A stretch of DNA of 63,569 nt, the filler included, from Hyphochytrium catenoides (taxonomy: Eukaryota > Protista > Hyphochytriomycota): assembly GCA_900088475.1 (NCBI GenBank). It is 8 parts of 8 records of this genome, joined end to end, with 100 filler letters (N's around TTAATTAATTAA, not from the genome) between each part and the next. Parts side by side here need not be neighbours in the genome. Positions count along the whole stretch, not along the records: positions 33,778 to 39,278 come from FLMG01000837.1; positions 39,379 to 43,436 come from FLMG01003051.1; positions 43,537 to 56,573 come from FLMG01004634.1; 5 more parts are not named here. The stretch is one strand, 5' to 3'. Positions within the stretch are counted from its first letter, which is position 1, and every line of letters begins with the position of its first letter. The position numbers were made by a program, and so were the translations under genes. Below, piece after piece: positions 36,877 through 50,518 of this stretch. The notes below the pieces were generated by a model, which worked only from the letters and a program-made list of their open reading frames with translations, had not been told where the DNA came from and ran no database searches.

Positions 36877-39278
36877 ATGGGGTTGTGGGGACGGAGAGAG
36901 AGCAGCTTGATGCAAGCCTCTCGCTTCTCAGAAGAGAGCATCGTTAGAATTAGTGATGTTCCCGTTCTCCCCCGCCGAGCCCCAGGCTCTCTTCCTCCGC
37001 CACGTTCTCCCTCTTTCTCCCGAGAGAGAGGGATGGAAAAGTCTCGTGTCCGCTCTCTCTTTTCTCGGTGGTACCGGCCAACCTACGATGACAACCCTGA
37101 GCTGACAGAGAAAGAGAGAAAAGCTAGTGCGCGATACTGCGGGGGAAGACTCAAAAAGTGGCAGTTTATCCTCTTGAATACTCTCTTTCTCTCTCTCTTT
37201 ATCTCTGCCATCCTTCTTCCTATCTCTTACTTCATCATCATCCCTGAGATGATCAGGGCCAAGGTAGAGTCTCTCCCTCTCAATACTATGCAGATGGACT
37301 ATATGAACCTCTCTTCTGTCTCGGACACGTCTCTCTCTTACTCTACTCGTTCCTCTCTTCCCAAACAGATGTGGATCCCTATACAGGCAAACATTGGGGC
37401 CACAGAGCTAGCCATCACGATGGAGAGAGAGGACGGACAGAAGGGAGAGAGAGCGAAAGAGCTTCTTCGTCTTCAGGTCCCAGCGCTAGATATTTGGATT
37501 CACAAGCCAGTGGAGCTAGAACTTGAGGGGCAGCTCTCTTTCCTCCCTCTCCACTGGCCCCAGGTCTCCCAGTTCATAGAGAAGATCAGCGCAGAGGGAG
37601 GATTGAAGGAAGGGACAACGCTCTCTCTCCAAGGCAATCTCTCGATTGGTGTCTTTGGCTTAACTCTCTACCCTCACTTCCCCATTACGAAGAAGATCGT
37701 GCTCCCGTCTCTCCAGCCGTCCGTTCTCTCTCTCTTTGATAACCTTCCCTCCTTCTTCTTCAACAGTGGTGCCCCAACGCTCTCTCTCCCTAACGTTATG
37801 CACCAGTTCCATCTAGAAAGAGAGCAACTCTGGGCTCCTCTCGAAGGTTTCTCTCCTCTGGCCATCAAGGCTCTCGCAGTGAACTTGACGGATTTTGGCC
37901 CAGAAATCAGGACGACAATCGTCATCCGCAACCCGACAGTGCTGAATGTTGGCCTTCAAAAGGTAGAAGTGGGTCTCTCTCTCGAAGGTGCTCTGATTGG
38001 CAGGATGGGCGTCGGAGAGCTAGCTTTAAGACAGGGCGTCAATGAGTATGATCTCTCTCTCTCGATGAACCTGATGGCCGAGGGTGTGGACCCAGAACAG
38101 GTGAGCAAGGCTGTCTCTTCGGCAATAAAGAAGGTGCTTCTTCCCCCTGCTGATGGAGAGAAAGAGAGAGCTTTAGACTTTGCCATAGTAGGACCTCTCT
38201 CTTTGGATGGAAAGCAATGCTGGACAGAGATGACTGCGCCTCTCCGTCTAAGCTTTCCCATTTCTGAGATCTTGGACAATGCTAACGTTAGGGGCTTAGC
38301 CGAGATGCTCTCTCTCGGAGGAGTGAAGAAGATGTTAGGGGATCTAGAGCTCAACTTGGATGTACAGAGCGAGCACATCGTGAGCCCTATCTCTCTCCCT
38401 GTACCTCTCTCTATCCCTCTCCCTCCGCTGGACATCAACTACAATGTCAGCCTTGACATTCATGCTCCGCTGCAAGAAGATGGAGAGAGAGAAGAAAGAA
38501 GACTCCTTTCTCTCTCTCTTTCGGGCCTCCATATCACTTCCAAGGACTCTCACCTGCAAGTAGGAACCTCCGTCGTCATTCGCCCCGTTAACACTGAGAA
38601 GGCCGCAGATCTATTAGCTGCTACAGTCCAGCCGATGCTGAGAGGAGAAGACGGCAGCTCCGTTGATATCGCTTCTCTTCACGTTAGAGAGAGCAAAGAG
38701 GGAGGTGAAGAGAGAGAGTACACGTGGAGTCGGAGACTGTTCCAGGACACGACAATATCTTTTCCTCTTCCTGGAATGAACATTGTAGAACTCTTAGGAA
38801 ACATGACAGAGAACTTCTCTTCTCTCCCTGTGGGGATCAACAGCATGCTGGTGAGGCAAATGAGAGACCGGCCAGGGTTTGAGTGTGACGGCGCTGTCTC
38901 TCTCTCTTCAATCCCAAATGTAAATGTTAACTTAGGCTTTGCCAGCGTTGACATCCAGGCTGAAACCGCGCCTCTTCTCGCTGCTACTCTTCCTTCGGGC
39001 CTCCTCTTCTCTCCCTCTCAGAGTCCGGAGAGTATGGTCCGCGCATTCGCAGTGTTCCAGCACTCTCCAGACCTTTCTGGTGCTCTTCAGAGGGTGGTTG
39101 ACTCCTTTCTGGCGTCAGACGAAGAAGCCGAGCTGGGAGAGAGAGAGAAAGAAGACAAGAGCTCCTCCTCCCTACATTTCTCTAAGGTTTCGGGTCCTTC
39201 TCTCGGCATCACAGGGATCCGCTTTGGTCCTAAGGAAGACACAGCGTTTGTCACCTTCAGTAAGATTCGCGTGGACAT
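36877..39278 (+). CDS. Type II membrane protein with DUF3712 (Tag1-like)/LEA_2-like repeats; intronless as far as seen, 3' partial
   Basis: Basic cluster, then TM (FILLNTLFLSLFISAILLPISYFIIIP), then LSLQGNLSIGVFGLTLYPHFPITKKIVLP and IVIRNPTVLNVGL..IGRMGVGELALRQGVN, typical of DUF3712/WHy beta-rich units. Open >800 codons to the contig end. Confidence 0.7.
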
Positions 39279-39378
39279 NNNNNNNNNNNNNNNNNNNNNN
39301 NNNNNNNNNNNNNNNNNNNNNNTTAATTAATTAANNNNNNNNNNNNNNNNNNNNNNNNNNNNNNNNNNNNNNNNNNNN
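39279..39378. other. Artificial contig linker
   Basis: N44-TTAATTAATTAA-N44. Confidence 0.97.
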
Positions 39379-40361
39379 TGGGTAGGCGTGACATCTGAGA
39401 TGAGCTGCTGGATAAGGGCAGTGTTCTAGATAGCTCTGGTTAGAAAGTAATAGACGAAGAACACTACCTCTAACCCTTAGCAGGAGACACTGAGCGAAGG
39501 TAGGAAAGACAGAAGGACAAAAGAATGGGAAGGGTTGAGAGGGAAGAGAAACAAGGACGAGAGAAAGGAACCGAGAGATAGAGAGACCGAGGAGAGTGAG
39601 GAAAGGTTAGTTGACGTGAGAGAAGAGAGGAATGCTATCCTGAGGAGGACGAAAGAAGGACGAAGACGTTTTCCTGCCAGATTTCGTTGCATCTGTTCTG
39701 GTTTTTGCCCTTTGGGAGCCGGAGAAAGTGCCCTGAGGCCTAGGGGTATCGAATCAACCCATTACTCTTTTTCTATCTCCTCTCTAGCTGAACTCGGACG
39801 ACTAGAGTGAGCAGTGGTGGTTCTGATGATATGATCTCTGATCTCATGGCTCTACTATGTCACTCTACAATAGAAAAGCAGCCAGGAGGAGAGGATGCAG
39901 AAAAAACATGAAAGTGAGGCAGGAAGGAAAGAAGTCATTTAGCGGAGTTCAGGAGAAAAGTGTGCAAGCATGGCAAAGAGAGAGCAGGAAGAGAGAGAGA
40001 CAGAGCAACAGGCTTGCTCTAAGGAGAGAAAGAGTAAAGAGGCAAGGGAAGTGTGGCGCAAGGAGGGATTTGAAGAGATAAAGAGGAATAGAGCAAGAAA
40101 CAGAGCAGAGAAGGCAGGATAATAAGACCGAGCGAGAAAGGCAGAATGCGAATTCATGGAGAAGAGAGAGACGGGGAGAGGGAGAAAAAGGCAAGAGGTG
40201 GAACAGAGGAACAGAGGAGAGAAGTAACTTGAAGTTGAAGGGCATAGCTGAATCGATCTCTATCAAGGTCACTCAGGGCAAGGATCATGCCATGTGGTCA
40301 ATTTGAAGTTAGGAGTGCCTTCCAACTGGAGCGAGCATTGAGGTTGGTTCTCTCTCTCTCT

Positions 40362-42017
40362 TTATTTAGTGGTTCTTTTTGGTAGGCTCTCTAAATGCTC
40401 CAGAATAAGTGCCGCAACCTTATCTGGCGCTTCTGACGTCAGGACATGGCCTTGCTTGTCAAGGAAGACGACTTTCGTATTTTGTGGTAGGGCCCGTTGT
40501 AACACCTCACCGCCGCTAGGATGGATAAGACCATCTTCCCGACCCCAGACTACCAAGAGACGATCGAGCCTGGTAAGAGATTTGTCACTTTTTAGTTTGT
40601 CGTACGTCCAGTAAGTATCTTCTTCCTTTATCTTCTGAAGACCCTTCGCAACCACCTCCAGACCTTTATTCTTCTTGGCCACGCCTGCCCTGTCATAGAA
40701 CCATTGGAAGAGATCGTGCGCTCGTTGATTTGCTTCAGATACTGACAGGTGAGCCAGCCACTTTAGAAAATTATGGCCAATGTCCCCAGCTAATCCTTCA
40801 CTGCCGAGGGCAAGGTCCACTAAATGAGCAAACTGCTTACCGTCGTGGGGAAGTAAAGGGTTAATGCCGTCAACGAGGTGGAGCTTCTCCCCTCTCGACA
40901 TAGCCTCTCCTTTTATGCCAAAGGGAGAAAGAAGAACGCCGCTACTAGCTATTTTTCCTGATGCCAGGAGCTCAAGACTAATACCACCTCCCATGGAGTG
41001 TCCGACGATTACAATGTCTTCCTTAGGTGTGCCGTCGCCGACAATAGCTGAAATGAAGCCTGCCACATCCTCGGCCTGCCTTTCGATAGTATAATCTTTC
41101 GCGGTCTTCGGTGAAGTGCTACCACCTCTCTCCAGCTTTGCGGTGTTGCCATGGTTAGGTAGATCCAGCATGATTAGCCGATGTTGTTCCATAAAGCGCG
41201 AATCCAATTTGAGAAGGTGAGATATTGTATCAAGCCATGTTCTCTTCTGTGAGCCAAAACCGTGGATGAACACGAGAGTTCTTTTCTTCGAGCGAGTGTC
41301 ACCTTTTAGAAGAGAGGAAGAGCTTGTCGAGGGTGGGTCGCTATCAAAGTATCGAATTAAATTGTCACCGATCGCTGTTTCACGTTCGCGCCCCAATAGG
41401 CCTTCTATGACGCTGGCTGGCGGGTCCATTAGCTTCATTGTCAGCCAACTCCATAGAGTGATGGCGACGCGGAGGCTTGTGTGAAGTGTTTCTGGAAGCA
41501 TCATGCTAGCGGCAAACATTCCTTCTGGACTCTTTGATTGCTTTACGTTGTCGGTATTCCTTTTCGAGGTAGCGCTATTCCATTGGCCAAACTCTTGGTA
41601 AGCAGTGTTCTGTTGCACTGACGCAGCATCGTTAATTTTCTGTTTTGCGGACTCCTCCTTTGCTGCCAACCGTAGCCGAGCAGCATCGTCTTTAGCCGCG
41701 GACGCAGTGATCGCTATTTTGGGAGAGAGAAGCGGACCTCTAAACGTTGTGCGAAGCGGTTGTACAGCAGAGGTAACAAAAGCCTTAGCTGTTGTTCTCG
41801 CTACTATCGGCCATCCACCGAGTGATCTTTTTGGCTTGGACTCCTTCGGACCCGTCGGAGTGTAATCAGACTCAGCAAGGGAGGAGTGAAAGAGACAGTA
41901 AGAAGCTAAAGAGAGGGCGAGCAGGAAGAGATACCCTACATGGCGCCTTGGTGGAGTCGCAGACGGATGTTGCTGGTTTTGCCTATGCAATTTTGTCTTG
42001 GAGACCGATGATGGCAT
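40362..42017 (-). CDS. Intronless alpha/beta-hydrolase (ABHD6/family V lipase-like) with N-terminal TM/signal anchor
   Basis: LVFIHGFG, DLPNHG, nucleophile elbow GHSMGG, acid in WGREDGLI, His in QGHVL; hydrophobic segment YLFLLALSLASYCLF. Confidence 0.9.
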   Translation of the reverse strand: MPSSVSKTKLHRQNQQHPSATPPRRHVGYLFLLALSLASYCLFHSSLAESDYTPTGPKESKPKRSLGGWPIVARTTAKAFVTSAVQPLRTTFRGPLLSPKIAITASAAKDDAARLRLAAKEESAKQKINDAASVQQNTAYQEFGQWNSATSKRNTDNVKQSKSPEGMFAASMMLPETLHTSLRVAITLWSWLTMKLMDPPASVIEGLLGRERETAIGDNLIRYFDSDPPSTSSSSLLKGDTRSKKRTLVFIHGFGSQKRTWLDTISHLLKLDSRFMEQHRLIMLDLPNHGNTAKLERGGSTSPKTAKDYTIERQAEDVAGFISAIVGDGTPKEDIVIVGHSMGGGISLELLASGKIASSGVLLSPFGIKGEAMSRGEKLHLVDGINPLLPHDGKQFAHLVDLALGSEGLAGDIGHNFLKWLAHLSVSEANQRAHDLFQWFYDRAGVAKKNKGLEVVAKGLQKIKEEDTYWTYDKLKSDKSLTRLDRLLVVWGREDGLIHPSGGEVLQRALPQNTKVVFLDKQGHVLTSEAPDKVAALILEHLESLPKRTTK

Positions 42018-43436
42018 CTTACACTAGAAGGGTTAGCGAGAGAAGGACCTCATGTGTGGCACACTGCTAGCACCCCAGAAGTTAGTGAGAGTCTAGGCGC
42101 ACTGAAAGTCGAAAAGTTGATTGTCCTACTGGCATGGAAGACGACATGATTTATGGGTAGAGTAGCAGTCAATAGTCAAAAGGGGAGGAGTAGGCTCAAT
42201 CGTTGCGAGAAGACATGCGGAGCTTTGGTGTGTCAGATATAACTGCCATCGCTTGAGCGTTGCTCCGGTATAAAGGCGAGCTCCAATGTGAATTGAGAAG
42301 TATCGTGAAAACGCCCTCAGGAGCTCCGTCGCCGTCTGGCGTAGAAATGAAGCAAGCAAAGAAGGTTAGGAAAGTGGTGCAATGGCCGGCCACGTTCTGA
42401 TGTATCGGTATACCGGTAACACAGACAAGCATGCCAAAAATAGTTGCCAGGTTAGAAAGAAAGCAAACGCCAGGAAGGCGGCGTTGGCCATTGTCGCGGA
42501 CCTGAAGAGGCAGAACCGTTCCGTGTCCTAGTGGGAGGCTGAATTGAGTCGTCTGGATGCAGTATGTTGGCATAAGCCTCCGAATACTGGTCATCATCCC
42601 CACATCGGTTCCCTCCACCGCCTCCTACCGTGAAAGAAGCAACAAGCAATGAATCTCCCACCAAAAAACGAGGGCGATTCACACGGAGCCATCCTAGTTT
42701 CGCGGATAAGGTTCTCTTAGTGATTATGATGTTTCCTACCTAGATTCGTCTGGTCGGTCTCCGTCACCGGTCACGGATCGCTCATCGCTCACCTCTCCTA
42801 GTGGTTGTTATTGTTATGGGAGCCAATCTCCTAGAAACCAGTCGGCACAACTGGAAAATCAGAACCAGGAAACAGAAAACTGCTTCATCAGCACCGGCTA
42901 CCAAGCGCCTTTCAGGTTCTACTGCCACTAAGCCCCTTCTCTTTCTACTCGACTATGATGACCACTGCTTATAAAAGCTGCTGCAAGTACCGGCGGTTCA
43001 TTACTACATTAGAACTACCATGCGGTCGGCGGATCTCCTACAGGGGCTAGCGCAGTGCTAGACAGATGGTTATACTCTGATCTTTAGAAAGGTACAAGTA
43101 GCACTTCCAGCGCTTCCAAGTCGGTGGTAGATAATCAACCTCAAGGAAAGGTAGTTAATAGAACTGCATCAACAGTTCCTTTACTATAGTGACACTGTCA
43201 GACCTAGACGCTCTATCGGCAAAATTTCTCTGGCAGCTTGGTTGTAGAACTAGAACTAACAACAGGAGAAGCAATTAGCTAATCAGAAACTTCTCATAGC
43301 TGTTCTACTACTACCGTTTTATGGTAATCGCCCCATGCCACTCATCGGTGGCTGTTTACATGGGAAACCCATGACGAGGCTACTGATCTGAAATAATAGT
43401 TCTACGCAATTCAACTCTACTTCTATTATTAGGTGG

Positions 43437-43536
43437 NNNNNNNNNNNNNNNNNNNNNNNNNNNNNNNNNNNNNNNNNNNNTTAATTAATTAANNNNNNNN
43501 NNNNNNNNNNNNNNNNNNNNNNNNNNNNNNNNNNNN
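43437..43536. other. Artificial contig linker
   Basis: N44-TTAATTAATTAA-N44. Confidence 0.97.
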
Positions 43537-44120
43537 GAAGAATCATGTCAGAATACACTTTGAATCAGGATTGCGAAGTTGGAGAGGGGTGATAGACAGC
43601 AGCAGAAGAGAAAGAGTTGAAGACAGAAGAAAGATTTATGCCGGGAAGCAGGTCTAAAAGAAGTAAAGCTATGTAGAAGAGATCCCTGTATAAGAGAGTA
43701 TAGACAGATTCCCATGTCTCTCTCTCGTCGTACCCATGGACACAAATGGCTGCTTCTGTCCTCTCTCTTCTATCAGCCCCGCCTTCGGAACAAGATTCCT
43801 GCCTTCCATCTGCCAGAACTTGATTGTAGAGGCGCCGCCTGTCGCCAGAACCAGAGAAGTAGGAGAGAACGCGAGAGAGAGAATCTAGAAAACGCCGTCG
43901 CGCAAGAGAGAGAGAGAGAGACAATGAAGTGACGGTAGTGTGAGTGCGTGGGGAACTTATAAGGCTGGGCAGTAAGCTGTATAGGAAAGATCAGCGAAGA
44001 GAGAGAGAGGACGATTGAAGGTAAAGGACTGACTGAAAGAACAGAAGGCACCTGTGCCATTGGTGGGCAACACTTCTATAAGCGCATTCTCTCCCCCTCC
44101 TCCTTCTCTCTCTCTCTTTT

Positions 44121-44151
<31 letters not shown>

Positions 44152-46227
44152 GTCCCTCTCTCTCCCCTTTCTTTTGTTCCCTCTTTTTCTCTCTCTCCCT
44201 CGTTCTCCCTTCTTGCGTCCAGGTTGGTACCTTTTCTTTCTCGCTCTGCGCGCACGCCTTCAAAATGCCTGTTCTCCAGTCATAGACGGCAATAGAGTGA
44301 CTGTCATCCATCCCCGCACTGGCAAGAAGAGAGCCCGAAGGGGAGAAACGGACTGCCGAAATGCCTCTCCGATGGAAACCGCGAAGAATGTTCACTGTTT
44401 GCATTGTCTACGGTGGTCGGAGAGAGTGGAGGGAGAGAGAGGAGATAACGAGAGACAAGGTAAGAGCGACCTAGCTACAGGGAAAGAGGGAGACTCTTAT
44501 GGCAGAGGCGGGCTGGCGAGGATGATGATGAAGCAAAGAGAGAGAGAGAGAAAAAAGAAAGAGTAGAAAAGAAGAAGAAATGGCGGTTCAAGAGAGAATC
44601 TGCTGTTTAACGCACAGTTGCGTCCCACACGGCAAGGATGGGCTTCTGCCCCAGCTGCCCCGTAGCAACCAGAGTTCCTGCGGCGGGGAAGAAGATTATA
44701 AAATAACAATGAATAGTGAGACCAAAAAGGAAGAACCAGCGAGCTGTGGCTTAGGGACTGAACAGAGAAGTAATGAGAGAAGTTCGGAAGAGAGAGAAAA
44801 AGAGACAGAGAAAGAGAGAAAAGAGGGAGAGAGTGACTTATAGTGTATATGAAGCTGCAGAGATATCAAATGGAAAGAACGCCTCTTCTTTTTGAAGTGT
44901 AAGAGCATTGGCTGCAAGAGGCAGTTATCAAGTCAGGAGACAGAGCGATAAACAGGGAGAGAGAGAGAGCCTGGAGACAGGAAAGTGTGGAAAGTGACGA
45001 TGAGCAGGTGGTACTATACCATTGTTATGCAGGTCAAGGCAAGAGATCTCGTCATTGTGGCAGATGATAAACTGCTGCGTCCACGTCTGAGGATTGAGAA
45101 CCACTCCTACGCAGGAGACGTGGTACACGATACGTCCATCCTTGAGATATCTGAGACCGCCAATGACAGAGAAGAGAGAGTGCGAGTGAGAATGAGCGGC
45201 CAAACGGAGGATTATAAGGAGCACGAGAAGAAGCTGTGAGCAAATCGCTAGCAGAGTCCAGGAGGAGAGAGATGGAAGAAGAAGAGGCAAAAGATAAGCG
45301 GTTGACGGCAGGATCTGAAGAGTTTGGCAGAGAGCTCAGAAGATTAGAGAGGGCGAAAGGAGATCAGACCCGTGTAACAAGGAAGAAAATGTTGGAGAAT
45401 GGGAATCCTAAGATAAGAGAGACGAGAAAGAACAAGTAAGAGAGAAGAGAGAGAGAAAGATGAGTGAGAGAGAGAGAGAGAGAGAGATGGAGACGGGACG
45501 AAAGAAAGAGTAGCATACTTTAGGTTATTCCTTGTTCCCACTCCTTTGTACCCATAGACCCACTCAAGAATAAGGTTATTCAGCGGCACCTCGGGGTCCG
45601 TGGGAGGAGGATTGGAAGGTGCAGCGATAGAGGATTTCCATGCCTCCTTCGTCGGGGCATTCTGGGCATCCGAGGAAGAGCATCCAGAGAGAATGGATAG
45701 ACAAAAGAGAGGGAGGAAAGAGACAGATTTTTTAGGACAGGGACGAAATCGAGAGAAGAGGAAGAGAGAGAGAGAGGGCGCTTATGGTGTGGTCATAAAC
45801 TTAAGACCGGATCCAGGGGCTGCAGTTGTCAGCAGAAAAAAGAAGAGACAAAGAGGAAAAGCCCTCAAAGAATCTCACTGTTTCTCGCTCTCTGACCCTG
45901 CCTCTCGGTCTATTTCTCTCTCTCTTCCCCCTTCCTTTTTTCAACCTTATCTCCTTTCTTATCTCCTGCTTGGTTGGGCATGACTCTGCCGATGAAGTCT
46001 CCCTCGCTCCATAGTTGGCGCTTGAGAGGTCGGTCGAGAGCCGCTCCGTCCTTAAGGTCCTATGATGCGTAGATGATAATGAGATATTAGAAGGGAAAGG
46101 GCAATGCGAGAGGAAAGAAATGGCGTTGAGAAACTCACTTTGGTGGCACAGGAGATAGACAAGAGAGACGTACGAAGGCAAAGATAGTGTACAAAGGTAA
46201 GAGATAGTTGATGGTAGATGACAAGAA

Positions 46228-46265
<38 letters not shown>

Positions 46266-49200
46266 CAGAAGAAGAGAAAAAGAAGAGTAAAAAGGGACAG
46301 GGCAGCAGGGGATCTCGACTTTCTTTTCGCTGCAAAGGCGAGTATTTCCTACTAGGCCTCTCTCGTTCTTTAAGTTATTGCTAAGTTGTCCCCTGCTTGG
46401 AGAGACCAACTCACCTCCTCGGCGTCACTGTCCACGTCGAAGACTCCCAGAGCTGCAGTGTCAATCTTATCCTCTTCAACCCTTAAAATAGAAGAGACCC
46501 ACAGGAAGAGGAGACGAAGCGTTGGGTATGGATGGATGTAGCGGTTAGGAGTAGCTGTCGCAACGCCAGACGCAGCGCAGATTAAGTTAAGAGGATGAGA
46601 GAGGAGCGAAAGGGAAGAGGAGAGAGAGGGAGAGAGAGGGGGAGAAAAGAGAGAGGAAGACCAAAAGATCAAACAAGTGGAGAAAGATAACTGCGAAAAG
46701 CAGAGAAAGAAACCCTAAGATGCATGATGGAAGAGAGCTTGAGAACAATCGACATTGAGAGGGGCGGCAAAGTACTGACCTCCACTGGAAAATGCATCTA
46801 CATTGGAAGGAGCCCAGCGATGGTGGAGAGAAAGGGACAGATGGTTGCTGTTAGGCGTATATGAATGTCAACGGAGGAAAAGCAGCTGAGGATTGCAAGA
46901 GAACGAGAAGGGACAGAGAGAGCCAGAGAGAGGAAGAGAAGAGAGAGTGGGAGAGCAAGAGAGACAAAGGAGCAAAAGAGGGAGACAAAGAAAAGATAGA
47001 GGAGAGAAGAGAAGAGAGAGAAACCCAGCGTTCGGGACCTGTCTTGAGTTCCGACAGAGACTAACAGGCTGTCGTCTGCCGTGAATTTTACGCCTGCGAT
47101 GGAGGAGGAATGACCGCGGTAGGACTGCGAAGAAGAGGAAGAATCCAAAGCAGGGAACCTGGAGATAGACGGGAACACGAGAGAGAAGAAAGGGGCGATG
47201 GTCAACGGACACCATGAGGTCTGATAGCTGAGTGGTAGAGGACGGGGAAGTCCGACAGAACAAGGGAGATAAGGAAAGAGACGTAAGGAATAAACATGAA
47301 GGGCGGAGGTACTTGTGAAGCTTGATTCTGCCAAAGTTGTCTCCAGATGCCACCACGGAGCGATCCGCATTCAAAGCATCCACAGCCGTGACCAGTGTCC
47401 CATCATCCTCAGAGGGCCACAGTCCTTGCAAGCCCCAGACTAGGGAGGAAGGAGAGCAAAGCGGAGAGAGAGAGATCAGGGAGAAAGAGAAAGAGATAGA
47501 ACGAGAGAGAGAGAGAGAGATCAGAGGGCGAGAGGGATCAAAGAGATTCAGAGAGAGAGAGAGAGAGAGAGCGACCGAGAGAAAGAGAGAGAGGGAGTAA
47601 GCAACTTGTAAAACAGCACGGTGAGAGGGACCAGGAGGTGTCAAAAGACGCTCGAGAAAAGTCTTCTCGGTTCCTCTTTCTCCGGTTGTATCTCTACTTT
47701 TAACATTCCTACCATAGACGCAGTTCACTGTCGCCCATTGAGAGTCTCTAAAGGCGGCAGGCTTGGCATTATGTTCCCCGCTCTCCGTGTGGAAGAAGAG
47801 AAGATCAAACATCCTGAGCAAGGAGAGTTGACATGAAGAGAAAGAAGGGTAAGAGGAAGAGAATGCGAGCGGGTTTATGGTCAGCTATTGCGGTCGGCGG
47901 CAACCAAGTAGAGAAGGACTATCAGCAGGCCAGAGAAAGACTCTCTACATTCCCAAGAGCAGATAACATGGAGGAGCAATAAGCTAGTGAGACGCTGACA
48001 GAAAGGCAAAGAGAATGTGTGTGGGTGGAAGAGAGGAGAGTGAAAAGAAGATACATAGAGAAGAGAGAAAAAAAGAGAAGAGAAAAACAAGAGCGCAGGA
48101 TGAGAGGAGGAAGAGAAGAGAGAGACGGAGAGAGAGAGAGAGCAATGACCGATCATTAGTCCGAAGGCTGAGTCCGTCCATAGAGTAGTCAAGGTGCGTG
48201 ACAGGAGCCAAGTTCTTCTTGCATTTCCCCTTGGACGAGTAGTCCACTGCGCTGTACAAGTACACGGCATTGTCGCTGGACGCCAGGGCTACAGGTGCGT
48301 GTCGTGAGGCAACACAGAGTGCACAAGCAGCAGAGAGAAGGATAGATGGGAGGAGTATATCCACAGAGAGTGGAAGAGAGGGAGGGAGAGAGAGTGAGAG
48401 AGAAAAGAGGCGAAGAAGATAGGAATATTCAAAGCAAATGAGTGCGGAGGTGGCAGAACAAGGTGGATGAGACTCCCACCAAGAAAGAGAAGAAAATGAG
48501 TCCTGGCTAGAGGTGGGAGCTATCAAAGGCTTGGAAAGCGGTATACAGAAGAGGTAAGGCCCGTCAAGAGGAAAGAGACATGGATAGAAGGAGAGAAAGA
48601 GGAGAGAGGAGACACAGAGAGAGAGAAAGAGAGAGAGGAAGAGAGGAAACCAGCGTACCAAAGGTCCTTCCGTCTGAGCTGTACTTGACAACGGTGATCG
48701 ACGCTCTGCTGTCTCTTCCCTCATAGATAACCTCCAGTCTGTCTTCCGAGAAGATGGAGAAGGCACCTTCCTTTCTCTCTTTGTCAACTTCATTGGGTCC
48801 GCCTGGTGACCGACCGATAGAGAAGAAACAAAGGCCAAGAATCATAACCTTAGAAATAGAGAGGCGAGAGGTTTCAAGGCAGTGGAGGCGGTCTCCACGT
48901 ATAAATTGACGGCGTAAAGAGGAATGAAGAGCTAAAGGGAGGAGACAGATCACCAGCAGCGAGGAGATAATAGAGGACAAGAGAAGACTGATTTCGCGTT
49001 AACATGAGACATTTCCTATTAGGGGCCAAGAAGATCGAGAAAGAAGATGATGAGTTAGGATGATGCCAGCTGAAAGAGAGAGAGAGAGAGTGTGGTAAGG
49101 GGAGATGAACGAGAAAGAGAGAGAGAGACATACTTGAGCAGTATCCCACGGCAATATGCTCCCCAGAGTGAGAATAGGCGCAGGCTCGAGATGGCGCATC

Positions 49201-50419
49201 CAGCGCTAACATGCGCAATAGCGCCCTACTCTCGAGGTCCCAGATACGGAGCTATCCAATCAAAAAGGACGAGACGAGAAAGAGAGGAGAAAAAACGAAA
49301 GAGAAAGAGAGAGAGAGCATCAGAGAGCAGGGACCGTCGTAGAGACCTTCTTTGATTCGCTTCCTCTCTCTTCAAAAAGGCTCTTCCCAGGGAACGAGCT
49401 TCCACATCTCTCTTGGCATCCTCCCCTTATTCCAACCTCTCTCTGCTCTCTCTGGCTCTTTCGCTCTCCCCCTCTCTCTCGTTCTCTGCCCTGTCCCTCT
49501 CCGTTCAAAGGCTTGTTAACTCATCACTCTCTTACCGTTTTGTCATCGCCCACAGTGCAGAACTCCTTCTTCGTGGGGTGGACGGCCAGACCACATAGGC
49601 TACGCTTGGAATGACCTACCAAGATGGAGAGATGGACATCACAAAGGGTAAAAAGAGAGGAAGAAAGGGAAGCCGGGCGAAGGAGAAAGAGTGCGAGACA
49701 GAGAGAGAGAGAGACAGAGAGAGAGAGAGAGCGAAAGAGAGAGAGAGTGAGAGAGAGAAAGAGAGAGAAAGAGAAGAGAAGCAGAGGAAGGGAGAAGGAT
49801 AGTCTCCTAAGTGAGCAGAGATGGCATCCCCAATCTTCTTCGCCATCATTCCTCTCCTAACCGGTTCCGCTTCTCCCTCCCTAAAATTACTCTGCCTTGC
49901 TGAATTCTTCTCGCTCTTTCTCTCGCTGTCTAAGTCCTTCTCTCTCTGTTTCGTTTTCCTGTCTTCTTCTCGAAGCTTCTCAAAAAGGATGTCAGTTCTT
50001 TCTCTCTCTCTCTCTCTGTTTGCTCACCTGAGATGAGTGGTCCAAAGTGCAGGTTGGCCCCATCTGACGCCGAGAGCTCAAAGATCTCACTGCCAGCCGT
50101 GGCTGCTAGGATCTTGCGCCCGTCCCAACTCAAAGAGACAGAGCGCAGCTTTGGAATATGAGAGCCGAGCCCTAGGATGCACACAGAGACCAAGAAAGAG
50201 GGAGACGGTCAGAGTCGAGAGCAAGTAGGGCTGAGGACAGCGAGAAGATGGCACTCAGGACAGGATCAGCTTATGTGTCGGACGAGGAAGAGATGGGACC
50301 GTAAGATAGGGCGAAGTCCTGTTGGAGGGGGGATGGGAGAAGAGAGAGCGAAAGAGAAGCGGGAAGGCGGAGAGAGAGAGAGAGGGAGAGAGAAAACGAG
50401 AGAGAGAAGGGGGTAGGCG

Positions 50420-50460
<41 letters not shown>

Positions 50461-50464
50461 GGAG

Positions 50465-50518
<54 letters not shown>

